Of a stretch of DNA of 64,000 bases, positions 1 through 12,768 are shown one piece after another (the first letter of the stretch is position 1; each line of letters begins with the position of its first letter). The DNA is taken from assembly GCF_006345805.1 (NCBI RefSeq), contig NC_043000.1:3844001-3908000 (forward strand), in the 5' to 3' direction. Under the pieces are notes generated by a model. The model made no database searches. It was given only the letters and a program-made list of their open reading frames with translations, and had not been told where the DNA came from. A program made the position numbers and the translations under genes. The DNA is from Octopus sinensis (lineage: Eukaryota).

Positions 1-380
1 GAACATTTAGCACTTCTTTCTACAGTTATCTTCATCCTACACATCACATGACTATACAAGCATTGTTTTCTCTCTTGCACACCCGATTCCTCTTATGCCC
101 AATTCTTCTTTTATATTTGCACATCGTTGTACACGAACACTGACATTTGCACATCCATTGGGGCATGCTAGTTTCATTTCTTTCTAGTCTTTGCATGTGT
201 TCTATATGCATGACACATCTCATTATCATGTAACGCAGTTGTTCATACAAAGCAATTATCTTGAAGCAACCACTCTAGGTTGTTAATGCTCTTTGTTTAA
301 GACCCAAACTTCTGTGATGGAGCTGAAACATATCACCAATATTCTCATACCAAATAGCAAAACCTAGGCTTGTGGTGGGA
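1..380 (-). mobile_element. RTE-clade LINE remnant (C-terminal part of the RT ORF)
   Basis: ORF 44..250 reads MQRLERNETSMPQWMC, resembling the RTE motif RRLERNEASMLRWMC; an FCYL-like motif lies upstream in another frame; degenerate. Confidence 0.65.
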
Positions 381-599
381 CGCTTAAGTTTTAGTTAGCA
401 GGAAAGAAGACCATGCTAAGTGGCCATGCTAATTATGCAGAAAAAGAGTAGACAGTACTTCTATATGGTATACCCATCGTAAACAATGGATGCACAAGAA
501 ATGCAGCAGAATCACAGGCAAATTGACAAAGAATCTTATATGAAGTAGATGTACAAGAGTAACTGCAGCATGGTAAAATAAATGAAACCATTCAAGTGC

Positions 600-1199
600 T
601 TTGAAGACTTTCTAGATGTAGTGGATACCTTCTCTTAAATAGGTGACCAAATTCGCAGTGAAGGAGGGTGTTCTGAAAGTAGCCAGAGTAGGAAAAAGGT
701 TGGGAAATGTTTGGGAAGTTATTTTCAGTGTTTGAAATAATGGATTTACTTTTTACATCAAGTGTAGATTATAAGATCCTTGTGTACAAATTGTGATGTT
801 GCAAAATATGGGCACTGAATATGGAAGATGTACGAAGGCTGAAAAAAAAAAAAGAGAGGCAAGCATGCCCTAACGGATATATAATGTTAGTGTGTGTACA
901 AAAGATGGAGCGCAAATTAGCTGAGAGAAAAACTTGGTAAAAGAGATACTGTTTGCAAAATACAAGACTGAGCTGTACCTACATGTGATGTAAACAGAGG
1001 CTGACTGTTAGGTAAGGAAGTGTCAAAACAATCCAAATAGGAAGAACCTAAGGAAGAGGAACACAAGGGAAAAAATGGGAAGAGGCGGCGAAAGCTGATT
1101 ACATCAATTACAACAGGTAGAGAAAGATTATGCTTTAGAAGTCCCGTCCAACCTATAGAACTATAGAATGGATGTAAGATGATGATGATGATGATGAAG
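600..1199 (+). mobile_element. RTE-clade LINE 3' end with (GAT)n tail
   Basis: Translates LDVVDTFS*IGDQIRSEGGCSES, then an EDVRRL motif; ends ccgtccaacc...gatgatgatgatgatg like the other RTE-tailed copies. Confidence 0.75.
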
Positions 1200-1875
1200 A
1201 TAATAAGTGCAGTCATACATGAAACCATTTGAAATCGCTGAACATTTTGTAACACTGGACAGGTGTGTGAAAAACAAACTCTTGAAATTCAATATAGTCG
1301 ACTGACTGAAAAACTTCTGTATGCTAATTTAGAGTTCGATTTCTATCACACCTCGTTGAAATTAGTTATAAGTTTTACACTGACTTAAAAAAATAAAATG
1401 TTTAAAAAATGCTAAGCATGAGTTTGCAGAAATCGCTGACTGTCCAAGTGAAGAAACGAAGTTGCGGTTTCGCCTCCGAATCAAACTTGATCGAACAGGG
1501 CCCACGATGAAAGGTATTTCAGGCGTAATAAATCCATTATTCTTCAAGTATGTGAGACTAGATGCCCCATTTGAGACGATAGGTGGTGATTTGAGGAAGA
1601 CTTGGCTGATATTTCTAGCAGGTCGAGCAACTACTTAGAGGCTCGCTGGCTCGTATAATATATTCTGAGATAAGATTTGGACCTTCAACACAAATGATGA
1701 CCATTACAAGTTAGTTTCAGTTGTATACTAAATTATTGTTCACCACATCAAAGCATCGCGTATTTTTAATTCAATGAAATCATATCTTCCGAAGATGAGA
1801 CATAATTTCCCTCAAACATCAATGTCCACATCATAAAAGACTCGACAAAAAGCTGCTGATCAAAACATATATATG

Positions 1876-2014
1876 TTTCTTTATTACCCACAAGGAGCTA
1901 AGCACAGAGAGGACAAACAAGGACAGACAAACGGATTAAGTCGATTATATCTACCCCAGTGCGTAACTGGTACTTAATTTATCGACCCCGAAAGGATGAA
2001 AGGCAAAGTCGACC
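1876..2014 (-). mobile_element. SINE family A 3' half
   Basis: Matches the 3' part of the copies at 8605, 10152, 25363 and 40523. Confidence 0.85.
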
Positions 2015-2577
2015 AAATATATATCAAATGATTTCCAAATGAATCTCAATAATTGTCATTAAGAAATAAATATATAGTTACAATGTCCATGTAGAGCGGG
2101 AGCCGTTATTCTATTTGTGATCTTGTAGGGGTTGAAGCCTTTTTAATAAACAATAAGGGGCTGATTATTCGTTTCAAACACAAAGTAAGGGACTCGTTAA
2201 TATTAATAGAATTATGCGTGGTTTTAATTAGTGGCTTCCACGGTTTTTGGACACAATCAAACTTGTCCATGTTACACTACATTAGACAGAAAAAACCCCC
2301 AAACATTTAATGAACATGTAACAATGGAAATAAGAGATAAACTATGAGAGAGGACGGTTTTTGAAGCTGGTAGAATGTATAATAAAGTCAGAATTAAATA
2401 TTATTGTAGACATTGGAGCTGCAGCATGGGTTTCTGCTGTGCTTTGAACATAGAAACCATTTGGTTTTAGGAGATGATTTGACTTTAAATGTTCTTATAT
2501 AGGAAGAGGAAAGTTTTGAAGTTCTTTGTTGTCAATCAGTCGACTGTGAAACAGTAAATCTATGAAATATTTTACTC

Positions 2578-2930
2578 ACCGGGATGAAAAAACACGACTG
2601 GACAATAGAGAAATGAGGGAGATGACACAGCACACCGGAAACAGTAACTAGGGCCGCAGTGAATTCTATCGTTATTTCATTAGAGTTTCACATTGACAAT
2701 ATATCTTACACAGATAATTTTATACTTATTATATATGCGTCATTTTAATGTTGGAATAAATACCTAGATAATTTTTTTTATCACCGTTGTTGTTGTTTTT
2801 TTTTAATGATTACGAGGGGGAAATTCTGTGCTGCTTAGCTGTAACAACTCATCTTCAGTTGATTGAATGAACTTGAGTAAACAAGATGGAGAACTTGCCG
2901 AAAATTCCCAGCCCGAACCAGGTGAGGAAA
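2578..2930. promoter_or_regulatory. Candidate bidirectional promoter with divergent first exons
   Basis: CpG-retaining unique DNA; minus-strand donor CCCG|GTGAGT with GT at 2579-2578; ETS-like ACCGGAAA near 2634; plus-strand donor CAG|GTGAGG at 2921/2922. Confidence 0.4.
2886..2921 (+). CDS. Candidate first coding exon MENLPKIPSPNQ (phase 0), gene unidentified
   Basis: CAAGATGG start context, 12 open codons, then a GTGAGG donor; no downstream exon could be matched. Confidence 0.3.
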
Positions 2931-3799
2931 TCGTCGGATTTAAGCACTTTATAAATGAAATGTCGAGTTTTACGATATTATTTGAAAAAAAATAGACTCA
3001 GTAACTTTAATCTCCAAGTATAATGTCGTCAGATGTTGTGTTATCTGTTGCTAAATTATTTTTCTTTACTCTTCGTTTCATATTACTACACACACACACA
3101 CACCCTCTCTTTCTCTCTCTATCAAGGTGTTAGACACTGTCTGTCCTCTTTATATCTTATTCTAAGTTACTTTTGATAATATATTAAAGCAGTTCACTTA
3201 CTGAATCAGAAAATACGACTGTCATAGTTGCAACTATGACATGTCTCATATTCTTGATCTCTTATTATTATCATTATATATATTCCACTTCTGATTATCT
3301 CTCCTCTGCTTCATCTAATTCACAACCGATTTTACCAACAGAACATATTTTCTGAGACATTATCAAGCATTTATCTTCATTATTATTAATATAATTTTAA
3401 AGATATCTCTAATTTATTTCCCTCTATATGTTCCTTGGCCGATTAAACGATTTGGTCGGACAAAACGCTTCATAATCATTTCATTGCTTGTCAAACCTTT
3501 CAAATTATACATTCACATTCTTTCCTTTTATTTAACTGTTACGTTTCCTTATATCTCGGGTAACCTGTCTCTTTTAAATCAAACCTAATGCATTGCACAT
3601 AATATATTCCTGCTGCCTCCTAAATTCACCCTCCCCTCAACTTGGTCTACACCAGTTTTCATCGTGTAGTAGCAGAATGCCACGACCACTCTGCTGCCAC
3701 TTCGACTCCTGCTCAGTACCACCAGCCAGCCTACTATATATATTTACTATTGTAATAACAGCAATTTTCTTAAATGATATACCTTAATGCAATTCTCTA

Positions 3800-3991
3800 A
3801 TGCACAAGGAAGAAGCGTGAACACTGACTAGTTGCTCGCTTTCTGCCTATCATTGTTTGATTGCTTTACCTGTTCGTGTGAGTGAGTGTTGCTGCTCGAT
3901 TGCCAAAGGAAATGACAGTTGTAAATAGTGAAACGAGATAATTTTATGTCTAACCATTAAACATACTTAAGAATTGTACCATTGGGTGAGT
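3800..3991 (+). promoter_or_regulatory. Candidate alternative non-coding first exon
   Basis: CpG-containing unique sequence ending in the strong donor TTGG|GTGAGT (3985/3986). Confidence 0.3.
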
Positions 3992-4375
3992 GTCAATCTG
4001 GAAAACAACCTCTTGTTTTCATCGGTTTATTCTTAACTCATCCAAAATAGATTTACAAACTATTATAAATTGTTACCCTGCTTCGTCTCTCTCTCTCTAT
4101 CTCTGTCTCGTTTTTTCTTTATAGAGTTAAAAAATACTAAAACAAAATATATATTGAATTATTTTGACTCGTAATCTACGAGGTATAGATGTCAACGCAT
4201 ACATATTTGTCTCCCAGTCTCACTTACACAAACATAGAATGTATATATAAATACATATATACGAGAACACATTACTGTATGGTTAACACCATATAGTTTT
4301 CTGGTGCATCTAAGTTAAGTACCATATTCAAGTAAATTCTTTGGAATTGACTTGAATCTTAATTGCTTTTATTAA

Positions 4376-4411
<36 letters not shown>

Positions 4412-4416
<5 letters not shown>

Positions 4417-4580
4417 TGCGTATATGTGAGGGGGGGGGAGAGAGGAGTCGATAGAGAAATGAGCAGGTGTATATATATATAAATGTGTATATAAATACAT
4501 ATATATATATATATATATAGGTGCGTATATGTGTGAGGGAGGGAGAGAGAGAGAGGAGTCGATAGAGAATTGAGCAGGTG
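4412..4580 (+). repeat. Local direct duplication (~65 bp, two copies ~105 bp apart)
   Basis: taggtgcgtatatgtg...agaggagtcgatagagaa(a/t)tgagcaggtg occurs twice, separated by (TA)n. Confidence 0.8.
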
Positions 4581-4867
4581 ATCAATAATAATAATCTATT
4601 CATTGATGAGTAACACAAATCACGATAATAATAGATTATAACGGATTTATTCGTTAACGTTTTTTTCCTCGGATCGATTTACTTTGTTCTAGATTCTAAA
4701 ACCTTCATCTAATTTACATGAAATCATCTTGGTTCATTAACCCTGTCATGTGAGATACAACCTTGCTCGCCTCTCCTGATTGATATATCGGATACGGGTA
4801 CCCACATTGGTCATTACTGTTGATATGGGAGACACATATACCCAGTCTTACATGGCATTGATAATAT

Positions 4868-4919
<52 letters not shown>

Positions 4920-4921
<2 letters not shown>

Positions 4922-5106
4922 AATTAAGGACTGGACACGAAAAGTGGACAGTCAACATGCTAGATATAGACGTCAAATCGCCATTCTCCACAAAGATTAT
5001 GTTCTCAAAACAATGTTTCGAGAACATAATCTTTGTGGAGAATGGCGATTTGACGTATATATCTAGCATGTTGACTGTCCACTTTTCGTGTCCAGTCCTT
5101 AATTGG
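4920..5106. repeat. Near-perfect palindrome (fold-back/MITE-like) inside (TA)n
   Basis: Arms of ~87 bp with one mismatch and a ~13-nt loop; the reciprocal ORFs 4780..5166 and 4848..5069 reflect the symmetry. Confidence 0.9.
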
Positions 5107-5194
5107 TATATATATAAATATTTTAATCTTCGGATTCTTTTTAATATGCTAGACCACTGGTTTTAATTGATAAATATATCAATTTCTACCCTTA

Positions 5195-5244
<50 letters not shown>

Positions 5245-5699
5245 ATAGACATATCCACTCCTGCACACATACCTATATAATCGAGACACGTATACTAACT
5301 AACGTCCTGCATTCAACGTCAGTTATGCCTGCCACCTTATAAAATCCTACCCTATCATCCGTAACATCATTCTACACATGACCACATCTTCAGACAACGG
5401 TTTATATATTATTTATTACCATCACAATTGTAAAAACTGACCACAAGCGTTGACAGTTTCACCAACCGTAACTGCTACCTTTTCTTTTTCTCATCTTATT
5501 AGTAAAATGATAATTACATATTTGGAATGTCTACAGTTTTCGGGAGGATAAATGCTTCTTATTTATAGTTTATGATTGCTTTTTCTTGGTCCTTGAACAT
5601 CGGAAAGAGAGATACCTGTCATTTAAGATGTTCAAATGCACACAGTTTTTTTAGTGGTCGTTATGGTTTTTGTGTTGGAGACTTGAGAAGACTCATTAA

Positions 5700-5910
5700 T
5701 TACGTAGCTTTCATCTTTTTGGGGCGATTTTTCTGTCTTTCCAAACCCCTCCACCACCGACCACCACTATCGATTTTCAAATATACTAGATGTGTAGGCG
5801 TATTTTCCGATCTAGTCGACCGACTCCTGTACCGCCACTACCACGTCCTCCTTACTACGTAGGGCCACTGCTACTACCCTCGAGCTCCTTCTTTACTGAC
5901 TACTGTAAGT
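5700..5910 (+). promoter_or_regulatory. Candidate alternative non-coding first exon
   Basis: CpG/C-rich unique stretch ending in the donor TACT|GTAAGT (5904/5905). Confidence 0.3.
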
Positions 5911-7701
5911 GGCACCCACATTTTAATGTACATTCTTATTCCTTTTAATATTGGGACCACCACTACTCAACGACAACTCCTGTCCCGATTGTTCCCGACC
6001 ACTGAAAAAAACTTAATAAATAATCCCACACACACTCACACTTATGTTTATCTCTGTTATTCGCAGTTTGAGAAATACTATTACTATTATTATTATTATT
6101 ATTATTATCATCGTCGTTCGTTTCTGTAATTACTGATTAGCAAATTACTTCACGATTCTCCTCGTTATTGCTGCCTCCTCCTTTGCTCCCGCCTTGCATA
6201 ATCAAGGTGATCCATTTTCTTTCCGTCAGTCTCTTAGATTCAGAAACCAATTTCATTGATCTGTGTTCTCTAGTATGACTATTTCTCAATCGGGCGGTTT
6301 TCTTTTAAATTACGCTAGTCTTCTGGCTGATATTTCTAGGTTACATTATAGCATTATGCAGGGGGATATTTTTAAGAAGCTGACACATTTTATAATTCCA
6401 TCACTTGGATTTATTATCTAAAGATGTGTACACACGTCTCTTCCATCTTACCTCGGACACTGCCCAACTTGTTGATTCATTCCATTATCAGGATAAATAA
6501 TCGTTTATTACCTTCTGTGTTATGGGGTGGGTTGGTCTTTCATTTTCCGTTGGCACCATATTTCATGTTTCTGGTTATCTTTGAAAATATTTATGAAAGT
6601 AAAAGATGATATAATGAAAAAAAAAAAGTTAAGAGAAATAGCAATCGTATATCTTATGTCCATATATATGTGTATTTGATACATTATCATCATTATATAA
6701 ATATATGTGTGTGATATATTATAATCACTAATTATGTATATATATGTATGTATCTGCCTTCTAGGCTTTCTTCTCCATTTAATAAATATTCTCATTTAAA
6801 TTCAATAATATCTTTTTATATAATCTTTTTGCACTCATGCTGAACACTTGCAAGAATTCTTCATTCAGTTTCAGGAATCCATTATAGGAGTCACAGGCCA
6901 AGGCTGGTTCCTAGTCTCTGTCCTCTCAGCGGAATGGATTAATGTGTGGGTTGTAAATTATTCAGTATTATTGATACTGGGGATATTTTTGACCAGCTAA
7001 AAAAGAATTGTTGTTACTCACTGTGAAAGACTTAATGTAATTGTCTCAACATATTTATATAATTTTTTTTCTTTCTTTGGAAAAGGTTAATCTTCTTTAT
7101 CTGATTTATATCTGCAATTTAGGTTAATTAACTGTTAAACTTTGGCCTTTTAAAAAATTTGATGAAATCAATTATTGACTACATTACAAAGGCCTTTTTA
7201 TGTTAGGTATTGGTTGAAAGTAGCAGAGACTTTATTTTCATTCTTTGTATGAGATGTCAAATGATAAGTTAGCAACACATTAAGTGTTTTGATTCATTTT
7301 GTGGAATATTCTGTTATTTTTACACTGGTGACCTACACTGCAGATTGCTTCACTTCAGTGATGCCTAGCAATATATTCAACTGAAAATGGATTTCAATGT
7401 CATCAAAGTGACCCCTAAAAGTTGTGTCTTAATTGCAACTGTGTATAGGATACTAATTAATAAAATTGAATGGCACACTTGGTTTATGTTGAAGAATTGG
7501 GAAGGTGCTAATATTTCAAGACATTTCTATTTGCTAGTAAATGCAAAAACAAAATAACTAAGATTTTCAATATTTTCAAAAAATTTCATGCAGAAAGAGA
7601 AAGTTAATTGATTATGTAATGCTATATTGTGCTTTGAATATCATTATATTTCTTTCCATTCCATTATTGAATAATGTTTTGCATTATTAAATGTCATTCA
7701 A

Positions 7702-7925
7702 AGGCGACAGGCTGGCAGAATCATGAGTGTGTCAGACAAAACGCTTTAATGGCATTACTTCCGGAATTTTTATGTCTGAGTTCAAATTCCATTGAGGCCA
7801 GTTTTGCCTTTCATCCTTTTGGGGATGATAAAATAAGTACCAGTTAAGCATTGGAACAATGGAATCGGCTAGCTCTCTTTCCACTAAATAGCTGGCCTTG
7901 TGCCTATCGTTGAAAGTATTATTAA
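7702..7925 (+). mobile_element. Old SINE family A (A' tail subtype)
   Basis: Degenerate tRNA-like head (tggcagaatc... gagttcaaattcc B box) and a ggccttgtgcc tail. Confidence 0.75.
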
Positions 7926-8142
7926 ATGTCACTCTGAACTAGGAAGAAAACTAGTTATCCATTCAAGCTGATTGGGCCAAGTAGATGTATGTACATTACT
8001 TAGGGCTAATCTAGTAAGATTTCAATTGACCTGTGGTTATAATCTATCAATTAAACATAATCACGGTGCATCGGTAATAGTATTTGGCTAATTAAATAAT
8101 TTGTTCATATGTTTTATTTTGCTAAAGAGTTATAACTAGCAG

Positions 8143-8178
<36 letters not shown>

Positions 8179-8604
8179 AAAAAAATCTGCCATTTGATCC
8201 TGATCTCATTTTTATTGAGTCTTCCTTCTTTTAATGGTTTCAACTGAACTTCTTATGACACAGTGTGTGTATTTATTTGTTAAGTTTCCTGACATAATGT
8301 ATGTATTTATCTGACAAGTGTCTTTCCAAAATAATGGTAGAATTTTAACTGTGAACATTACATAACAATTCAATATGTTTTTGTGAACATTTCATAACAG
8401 CTGGACATGTCCTAATTCAGCTCATGGTGTTCTTTTGACAGATATCAAACCCAGGTTATGGATACGTCACTTTGTTAGTTATTAGCAGAATATCCTGTCA
8501 TGTTAGCATTGACTGATGCATTATCTTGTAGAGATAAAACAGTAAAAGTAGCAAATAAAAATAGTTCTTGTTACCTGTTTGAGAAGATGGAATAGCAGAT
8601 AACC

Positions 8605-8830
8605 TATTTCTTTACTACCCATAGGGGGCTAAACATAGAGGGGACAAAAAAGGACAGACACACGGATTAAGTCGATTACATCAACCCCAGTGCGAAACTG
8701 GTACTTAATTTATCGACCCCGAAAGGATGAAAGGCAAAGTTGACCTCGGTGGAATTTGAACTCAGAACGTAACGGCAGACGAAATACCGCTAAGCGTTTC
8801 GCCGAGTGTGCTAACGTTTCTGCCAGCTCG
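8605..8830 (-). mobile_element. SINE family A (A'' tail subtype), near full length
   Basis: Head gagctggcagaaacgttagc, B box gagttcaaattcc, tail gggtagtaaagaaata. Confidence 0.9.
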
Positions 8831-9732
8831 CAGATAACCTGTAGTATTGTTGGTAAAGAGGTGTTTGACAAACAATAGATAAATGGTTTGATTTCTGTTA
8901 GTGCATATGTCACTCTTCCCTGTCTCGAATTTGTGCTTATAATATTCTAATATGACTTAAACATGTCCTCTGGAAGATTATATATATATTACAACCAGAT
9001 AGTTCTTCATGAACATTACTTAAGAGGTAGATAGGCATCATGGCATGCTTATGGATTAAGAGTCCACTCTGCTGGGTGGTTGGTGTTAGGAAGTGCATCC
9101 AGCTGTAAAAGCCGTACCAAACACAGACACACAAGTCTGGTGCAGTCTTTTGCCTGGCTAGCCCCTGTCAAACTGTTCAACCCATGTCGGCATGGAAGGC
9201 AGACGTCCAATGATGATGATGCTTGCTTTGTAACCATGTGGTTTTAGGTCCAGTTTTACTCTGCAGCACCTCAGATTACTGTCTTGTACCGTAGCCTTCA
9301 GGCCAATCAATGACTTGTGAGTGAATTTGGTAGATAGAAAAGTATGTGGAAACCTGTTGCTTGTGTGTGTGTGTGTGTGTTTTTTCAACATCACTTGACA
9401 ACTGGTGTTGGTTTATAACTTAGTGGTTTGGCAAAAGTGACTGATAGAATAAGTGACTTGAAAGAAATAAGAAACACAGATGAGACCAGTTTGTTCAACT
9501 AAAACCCTTCAGGGCAATGCCCTAGCGTCGCCACAGTCCAAGACTGTAAGAAGTAGAAGATTAAATTACATGTTAGATAGATATATTCTCAAAATGCAAT
9601 AATGGAAATATTACAATCAAAGTTGATATTGTTTGCACAATTAGCTACAACAGATAATATGTGCCATTTCACCGAGCTATGATAATACAAATAGGCAACT
9701 GGTAATGAATTTGTTTTTGTAATATGTCTAAT

Positions 9733-9812
9733 ATGAGTTAGTTACGTTCTAAAGAATATTACAGAATAATGAATATTATTCTGTAATGTTCTTTAGGACA
9801 TAAGTAACTCAT
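9733..9812. other. 80-nt hairpin (pre-miRNA-sized or micro-MITE)
   Basis: 38-bp stem with 2 mismatches and 2 G-U pairs, 4-nt loop GAAT. Confidence 0.6.
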
Positions 9813-10124
9813 GTTATGAATACTGCATAAAAACTTGATAAGTGTTTATGAACATTGCATAACAGTTAGGTATGCCTTCAAAATGAGATGCTGGAAATGT
9901 ATAAAAGTCAGAGTTGTTAGTATTTCCAATGATATTCACCACAGATATAAGTCAATAAGTGCCAGTACCATTTGAACAAGATGTGATGACACAGATAATG
10001 AATTAATAATGAATGCATTGATATGATAATCTCTATTATCATTTTGGCACAATTATTGTTTCACTGCAGTTTCAGAGTATATGTGTGTGTGTATGCATGT
10101 ATGTATATATATTGAGAGAGAGAT

Positions 10125-10840
10125 GCAGGTGTGACTGTGTGGTAAGAATTTGGGTGGCGAGCTGGCAGAAACGTTAGGACCCGGGCGAAATGCTTAGCGG
10201 TATTTCGTTTGCCGCTACGTTCTGAGTTCAAATTCCGCTGAGGTCAACTTTGCCTTTCATCCTTTTGGGGTTGATAAATTAAGTACCAGTTACGCATTGG
10301 GGTCGATGTAATCAACTTAATCCCTTTGTCTGTCCTTGTTTGTCCTCTCTGTGTTTAGCCCCTTGTGGGTAGTAAAGAAATAGGTATTTCGTCTGTCTTT
10401 ATGTTCTGTGTTCAAAGTCCGCCGAGGTTGACTTTGCCTTGTGGGCAATAAAGAAATAAGAATTTGCTTCCCAACCACATGGTTCTGGGTTCAGGCCCAC
10501 TGCATAGCACCTTCAGTGAGTGTCTTCTGCTATAGTCCAGGGCCAATGGAAACTGAAAGAAGCCCATTGTGCATATATATGTATGTGTGTGTGTGTGTAT
10601 GAGTTTGTTTCTCTTTGTCTTGACATCATGTGATTGTTGTAAAGGATTGTCACTATCATTCATTTTCAATATTCTGTGAGAACATGTCTGGCCATGGGGA
10701 AATATTACCTTGCTTGGAAACAAGTGAAGGTTAGCAACAAGAATGGCATCTAGCCATAGAAAATCTGCATTTGTAAATCTCCATCTGACCCATGCAAGCA
10801 TAGAAAAGTGAGCGTTAAAAATGATGATCATTGTCAGCAT
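10125..10840 (+). mobile_element. SINE family B with RTE-type tail, interrupted by a family A insertion (10152..10457)
   Basis: The B head gtgtggtaagaattt/gcttcccaaccacatgg is split by family A with a ~9-bp TSD (t)aagaattt. Confidence 0.85.
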
Positions 10841-11659
10841 TAGTACGTCATCATTTGTGTTTTACATTCGCATTGCCATGAGGGCATAGGACAGTTGGTT
10901 TTGTAGCTGGACATCCTTCTTGCCATTAACTCTTTTAGTTACCTCTTATAACATGGAAGGATGTGCTGTACCTACTCTAAAACTAGCACACATATGGCAA
11001 TCCTCCTCCTCATCATAACATTTCCAGAGTGTCAAATGTCGATTCATACTCCTTGATATTAACTCATCAGCATGTTATTTGATAACTACATGTAGTTTGT
11101 GTGTACAGTTAGAGATTGAGATCTCACTTGGAAATCATGACCACACTTGTCTCTAGAGTTGCAGCTTGTAACTACATTTATAGCCTATGATCACACTTGT
11201 TGCATGTGACTGCAATCGCAGTGTCCACAATCCATTTACTCCTGATAGCGTTATTGGAAGTCCTGGACATAGTAGTGGCCTAAAATTAGCAGTGGTCAGT
11301 TGATCACTGGTTCATCTTCTTAACTGTATTTACATCATTCAATTTCCATAACTTTAACAGAGCAGCAATAAAGGGTCTGTAATATCAATATATCACGTCA
11401 GTCACAAGGGGGTCGGGCTTTTTAGCTCTGGTCTCATCATATGAAGTCTTGGCTGTTTATTGCAAGTGATGTTTCCAGGTGGTCATGCTACCTTTGCCTC
11501 TTGGCAGCCAGGTGGGCTGAGGTAATGAGGATTAAAATCTGTACAAGAACACTGGGAAACAGAAGCAGATTTGAACTCACAGCCAATACTATTCCTACTC
11601 AACCACCTTGATCTATCAAATAATTGAAGAGATAATCATGTAAAAATTTAAATATCAGT

Positions 11660-11814
11660 TTTGGCTCTGTGGTAAAAAGCTTGCTTGCCAACCACATGGT
11701 TCTGGGTTCAGTCCCACTGCATGGCATTTTGGACAAGTGTTTTCTTCTATAGCTTCGGGCTTAGCAAAACCTTGTGAGTGGATTTGGTAGACGGAAACTG
11801 AAAGAAGCCCATCG

Positions 11815-11865
<51 letters not shown>

Positions 11866-12445
11866 TTGTCCACTTTCATCTCTTGACAACCAGTGTTGAT
11901 GCGTTTACAACCCTATTGTTAGAATAAGTTGTAGACTTTAAAAAAATAAGTACTGTTTGACTAAAACCCTTCAAAGTGGTGCCCCAGCATGACCGCAGTC
12001 AAATAACTGGAACAAGCAAAAGTAACTCTCCATTGTCTTCACACAGCCATCGCTGTATGGTCGGAAAGTTTGCTTCCCAACCACATGGTTTTGGGTTCAG
12101 TTCCACTGTGTGGCACCTTAGGTGTCCCCTTTTATAGGCCTAGGCTCACCAAAGTCTTGTGGGTGAATTTGGTAGATGGAAACTGAAAGAAATCCCATCA
12201 TGCCTACAGGTACCTGTGTGAATATGCATGTGTGTTGATGTCTCCTTGTCTTGATATTGTTTCATTGATGTAAATGAATGTGATTCATTTCTAATATTCT
12301 GTAGAAACATGTCTGGGCATGGCAAAATATTACCTTGTTCGGAATCAGGTAAGTGTTGGGAGCAGGAAGAGCATTCCAGCCATAGAAAACCTGCTTCAAT
12401 AAACTCTGTCCCATGCAAGTATGGAAGAGTTAAAACAATGCCAAT
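11660..12445 (+). mobile_element. Two adjacent family B SINEs with different 3' tails
   Basis: The first ends cagcatgaccgcagtc...aacaag; the second ends ccatgcaagtatggaagagttaaaac (RTE-type tail). Confidence 0.75.
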
Positions 12446-12489
12446 GAATCTCATATCCATGTGTGTATATGTATGTATGTATATGTTCG

Positions 12490-12768
12490 TGGCCGTTGCC
12501 AGCCTCGCCTGGCCCCGTGCCGGTGGCACGTAAAAAGCACCATCCGACTGTGGCCGTTTGCCAGCCTCGTCTGGCACCTGTGCCGGTGGCACATAAAAAG
12601 CACCCACTACACTCATGGAATGGTTGGCGTTAGGAAGGGCATCCAGCTGTAGAAACATTGCCAGATCAGACTGGGCCTGGTGCAGCCTTTTGGCTTCCCA
12701 GACCCCAGTTGCACCGTCCAACCCATGCCAGCATGGAAAGCGGAAGCTAAACGATGATGATGATGATA
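12490..12768 (+). mobile_element. RTE-type (GAT)n-tailed retroposon 3' end (family C)
   Basis: gccggtggcacgtaaaaagcacc subrepeats, ggttggcgttaggaagggcatccagctgtag core, tail aacgatgatgat; other copies near 9040, 13640, 19945, 22715, 23878, 29030, 38947, 39805, 42775, 46525, 53395 and 56455. Confidence 0.85.

Noticed and set aside
1362-1650. Open frames in CpG-rich DNA
   Set aside because: No ATG or splice support and no recognisable protein; partly overlaps a repeat.
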